Assembly (NCBI RefSeq): GCF_006345805.1
Contig: NW_021827339.1
Location: forward strand, 1-10,506
DNA from: Octopus sinensis
Lineage: Eukaryota
Direction: 5' to 3'
DNA: 10,506 nucleotides
The stretch's first letter is position 1. Each line of letters starts with the position of its first letter. The position numbers and the translations under genes are program-made. The notes beneath the pieces are model-generated. The model did not search any database. It was not told the origin of the DNA and saw only the letters and a program-made list of their open reading frames with translations. Below are positions 7,293 to 10,506 of this stretch, in pieces.

Positions 7293-7320
7293 AGCCAAGT
7301 CGGAACAGATATTGTGAGTG

Positions 7321-7373
7321 TATATAAATATATATATATATAAATATATATAATATATATAAAATATATATAT

Positions 7374-7407
<34 letters not shown>

Positions 7408-7431
7408 ATATATATAATATAATATATATAT
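7321..7431. repeat. Interrupted (TA)n tract
   Basis: Seen directly. Confidence 0.9.
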
Positions 7432-7611
7432 CGAAATTGCGAGATGATCTGGTTCTTGACTGATGACTGAGAGCTTCGAAAGTCCTGTCTGTGTGTTTTT
7501 TTGCCGTCCTTCAAAATGTTTCACGTTCTTGTCCAGTTTGTGTTTTTTTTAACGTTTACCTATATATATATATATATATATATCATATATATATGTATGT
7601 TGTGTGAGAGT

Positions 7612-7613
7612 GA

Positions 7614-7679
<66 letters not shown>

Positions 7680-7686
7680 AGAGAGA
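7612..7686. repeat. (AG)n microsatellite
   Basis: Seen directly. Confidence 0.95.
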
Positions 7687-7932
7687 AGCGCGTGTTAGAA
7701 CAGTTTGACAAGTCTTCACTCTACCACTGATAAACTAAATGTGAAGTATGCGAATCAATTTGCTGTGTTTCTTTTACTTGAAAAACCTCCACAGCATAAA
7801 AACGAAGCTTTTTTTTATTATTTTTATTTTATTATTTTAATCTGTTGTTGTTATATTGCCCTCTGTGCATCTTACGATATATTTATTAGTCAAAATCGAG
7901 AATGTATATAGTCAGCAAACACTATCTGAAAA

Positions 7933-8215
7933 GTGGTGGTGCTCGTGGTGGTTGTGCTGCTGCTGCGGCTACTGCTGCTACTGTTGTTGTTGCTGCTGTT
8001 GTCTTGCTGCTGTTGGTTGCTGCTTGCATCTATTGTTAGTGCTGCTGCTGTCATTTTCTTTGCTTTCGATGATTACTGTGTTGTCGTATATTGATCATCA
8101 CTGCTGCTGATACTTTTTCTGCTACTGCTGCGGCTGCTGCTGCTACCTTTGCTGCTGCTGCTGCTGCTGCTGCTGTTCCTTTTTCTGCTACTGCTGCTGC
8201 TGCTGCCACTACCAA

Positions 8216-8246
<31 letters not shown>

Positions 8247-8531
8247 ACTTCTTCTGCTATTGCTGTCGTTGCTGCTACTACTGCTGCTGCTACTACCTTT
8301 GCTGCTGTGACTTTTTCTGCTACTGCTGTCGTTGCTGCTACTGCTGCTGCTGCTACCTTTGCTGCTGCTGCTGCTGCTGCTGCTACCTTTGCTGCTGCTG
8401 CTGCTGTTGTTACTTTTTCTGCTATTGCTGTCGTTGCTGCTACTGCTGCTACTGCTACTCCTGCTGCTGCTGATGATGATACTTTTTCTGCTACTGCTGC
8501 TGCTGCTGCTGCTGATACTTTTAGCTGCTGC
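7933..8531. repeat. (GCT)n-derived cryptic minisatellite with recurrent codon-phased modules
   Basis: GCT/GTT triplet runs with the repeated modules ACTTTTTCTGCTACT, ACCTTTGCT and GCTGTCGTTGCTGCTACT. This tract is the source of the poly-Ala, poly-Ser and poly-Leu ORFs. Confidence 0.9.
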
Positions 8532-8769
8532 AACTACCGTTATGATAAATCTGTGTTTTGCACTCTCACCTTCCAATACGTTTCGAGGCATTCACGAGCT
8601 AATTACATATGTATACCTGACTACTTATCTACCTGTCTGTCAACATTTAGCTACTTATCCACCGAACAAGCTACTTGCCGACTTGTGTGCGCACCTGCCT
8701 ATACACCTATCTTCCTATCTAGCTACATACATACCTACATACATAACTACCTAGTCTATGAATGTATTT

Positions 8770-8875
8770 CTCTACTCTCACTCTCTCTGTTCTTTCTCTC
8801 TCTCTCCCTTTCTCTCTCCCTTTCTCTCTCTCTCTATTTCTCTCATTACGCATGTGTCTGTATCCATCATATATA

Positions 8876-8926
<51 letters not shown>

Positions 8927-9021
8927 ACAGACACATATATTTTATAGATATATACTACTTATATATACACATATATATATATAGATATCTATCTATCTAT
9001 CTATCTATATCTATCTATCTA

Positions 9022-9056
<35 letters not shown>

Positions 9057-9057
9057 C

Positions 9058-9148
<91 letters not shown>

Positions 9149-9162
9149 ATAATAATAATATT
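8770..9162. repeat. Compound microsatellite (CT)n-(TA)n-(TATC)n-(TA)n-(AAT)n
   Basis: Seen directly. Confidence 0.95.
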
Positions 9163-9479
9163 AGGCAAAGTGGTTTCCAAACTTAGAGGAAAAAATTCAA
9201 TTTTTGTAATACTAAATCAAATTTCATAATAATAATACATGTATACATGTAAGTATATAAATGCGTATGTATAATACATGTATATAAATTTGAGAAGAAA
9301 TACCATGTAGCAATTCAGCAAAGGTATATTAATCATACCATGTATCTTTAATTTTTTTGTATATGGTAGGATTTAAGTATATCATTGCTGAATTGCTACA
9401 TGGAGGTTCTTCTCAAATTTATATACATGTATTATACATATGCATTTATATACTTACATACATATATGCATGTATATAG

Positions 9480-9503
9480 TATATATTATATATATTATAA
9501 TAT

Positions 9504-9593
<90 letters not shown>

Positions 9594-9599
9594 ATATAT
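9480..9599. repeat. Interrupted (TA)n tract
   Basis: Seen directly. Confidence 0.95.
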
Positions 9600-9600
9600 T

Positions 9601-10030
9601 GCAGGAGTGGCTGTGTGGTAAGTAGCTTGTTTACCAACCACATGGTTCTGGGGTCAGTCCCACTGCGTGGCACCTTGGGCATCTGTCTTCTGCTAAAGCC
9701 TCGCGCCGACCGAAGCCTGTGAGTGGATTTGGTAGACGGAAACTGAAAGAAGGCCGTCGTATATATGTATATATATATATATAATATATATATGTGTGTG
9801 GGTGTGTGTGTGTCTGTGTTTGTCCCACTAGCATTGCTTGACAACCGATGCTGGTGTGTTTATGTCCCCGCCACTTCGCGGTTCGGCCAATGAGACCTGA
9901 TAGAATAAGTACTGTGCTTACAAAGAATAAATCCCGGGGTCGAGTTGCTCGATTAAAGGCGGTGCTCCAGCATGGGCGCAGTCAAATGACTGAAACAAGT
10001 AAAAGAGTAAAAGAGTAAGAGTAAAGAGTA
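9601..10030 (+). mobile_element. tRNA-derived CORE-type SINE (octopus OR-like) with internal microsatellite and LINE-derived 3' tail
   Basis: It has a tRNA-like head with A and B boxes. GCACCTTGGGCA..TGTCTTCT...GCCTC (9670-9702) resembles the MIR/CORE domain (GACCTTGGGCAAGT...GCCTC). An internal (TA)/(TG) tract lies at 9760-9813. The 3' 61 nt match the LINE end at 4611-4670 and end in (AGTAAAAG)n variants. The family name is from recall, not from a search. Confidence 0.9.
9608..9660 (+). promoter_or_regulatory. Pol III type 2 internal promoter of the SINE (A box 9608-9618, B box 9651-9660)
   Basis: The A box reads TGGCTGTGTGG. The B box reads GGGTCAGTCC, departing from the GGTTCRANNCC consensus at the GTTC core. 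Confidence 0.65.
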
Positions 10031-10235
10031 TGTATGTATGTATGTATGTCCGTATGTATGTATGTTATGTATGTATGTATGTATGTATGTCCGTATGTAT
10101 GAATGCATGTATGTATGTATGTAGTATGTATGTATGCATGTATGTATGCATGCATGTATGTATGTATGTGTGTAGTATGTATGTAAATTACGTACGTACG
10201 TATGTATGTATGTATGTATGTAGTATGTATGTATG

Positions 10236-10270
<35 letters not shown>

Positions 10271-10506
10271 TTTACGTACGTAAGTATGTCCGTATGTATG
10301 TATGTATATATGTATGTATGTATGTATGTAATTTACGTACGTACGTATTTATGTATGTATGTATGATATATGTATGTGTGTATGTATGTATGTAATTTAC
10401 GTACGTACGTATGTCCGTTTATGTATGTATGTATATATGTATGTATGTATGTATGTATGTAGTATGTATGTATGTATGTCCGTATGTATGTATGTATGTA
10501 TGTATG
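10029..10506. repeat. (TATG)n array with higher-order modules, running off the window end
   Basis: TATG units interrupted by recurrent TCCG, TGTAG and TAA(T/A)TTACGTACGTA modules. Confidence 0.95.

Larger units (their letters stand above)
6581..7312 (-). mobile_element. Retrozyme-like non-autonomous element: ~250-bp direct repeats (6581-6832 and 7064-7313) around a 231-bp unique region, with one hammerhead per repeat and a TGTGAGTG target-site duplication
   Basis: The two repeats are about 96% identical with a 483-bp period. Identical 8-mers TGTGAGTG lie at 6573-6580 and 7313-7320, immediately outside the element. There is no coding capacity, no TG..CA termini and no TIRs. Confidence 0.85.

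Noticed and set aside
6581-7313. Interpretation as a TRIM/LTR element, MITE or CRISPR-like array
   Set aside because: There are no TG..CA ends, no PBS or PPT seen, no TIRs, a TSD longer than typical for integrase, and no repeat-spacer periodicity. The hammerhead 1.5-mer model explains the structure better.
7459-7492. CTGATGA...GAAA on the plus strand (CTGATGACTGAGAGCTTCGAAAGTCCTGTC)
   Set aside because: There is no closing pair for stem II, no valid stem III plus UH triplet, and no stem I complement.

Overview
AT-rich, microsatellite-dense animal genomic DNA with no supportable host gene. It is probably octopus, inferred from a tRNA-derived CORE-type SINE and the repeat landscape. Recognisable retroelements are a decayed RTE-clade LINE relic (915-1320, minus), a 5'-truncated CR1-group LINE (about 2855-4670, plus) and a SINE (9601-10030, plus). 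The SINE and the LINE share a ~60-nt 3' tail whose stem-loop shows a compensatory base-pair change. The main result is a ~2-kb block (5343-7292) holding five type I hammerhead-ribozyme motifs from three apparently unrelated families. (A) A 732-bp retrozyme-like insertion (6581-7312) consists of about 1.5 copies of a 483-bp unit, is flanked by a TGTGAGTG target-site duplication, and carries two minus-strand hammerheads that would excise a 482-nt monomer. (B) A hammerhead with an extended stem II lies at 5343-5432, with an inverted partial copy. (C) A minimal hammerhead is duplicated head-to-head as a 151-bp palindrome (5721-5871). All folds were read by eye and activity is untested. Duplicated segments differ mostly by 1-nt indels, so some lesions may be long-read errors.
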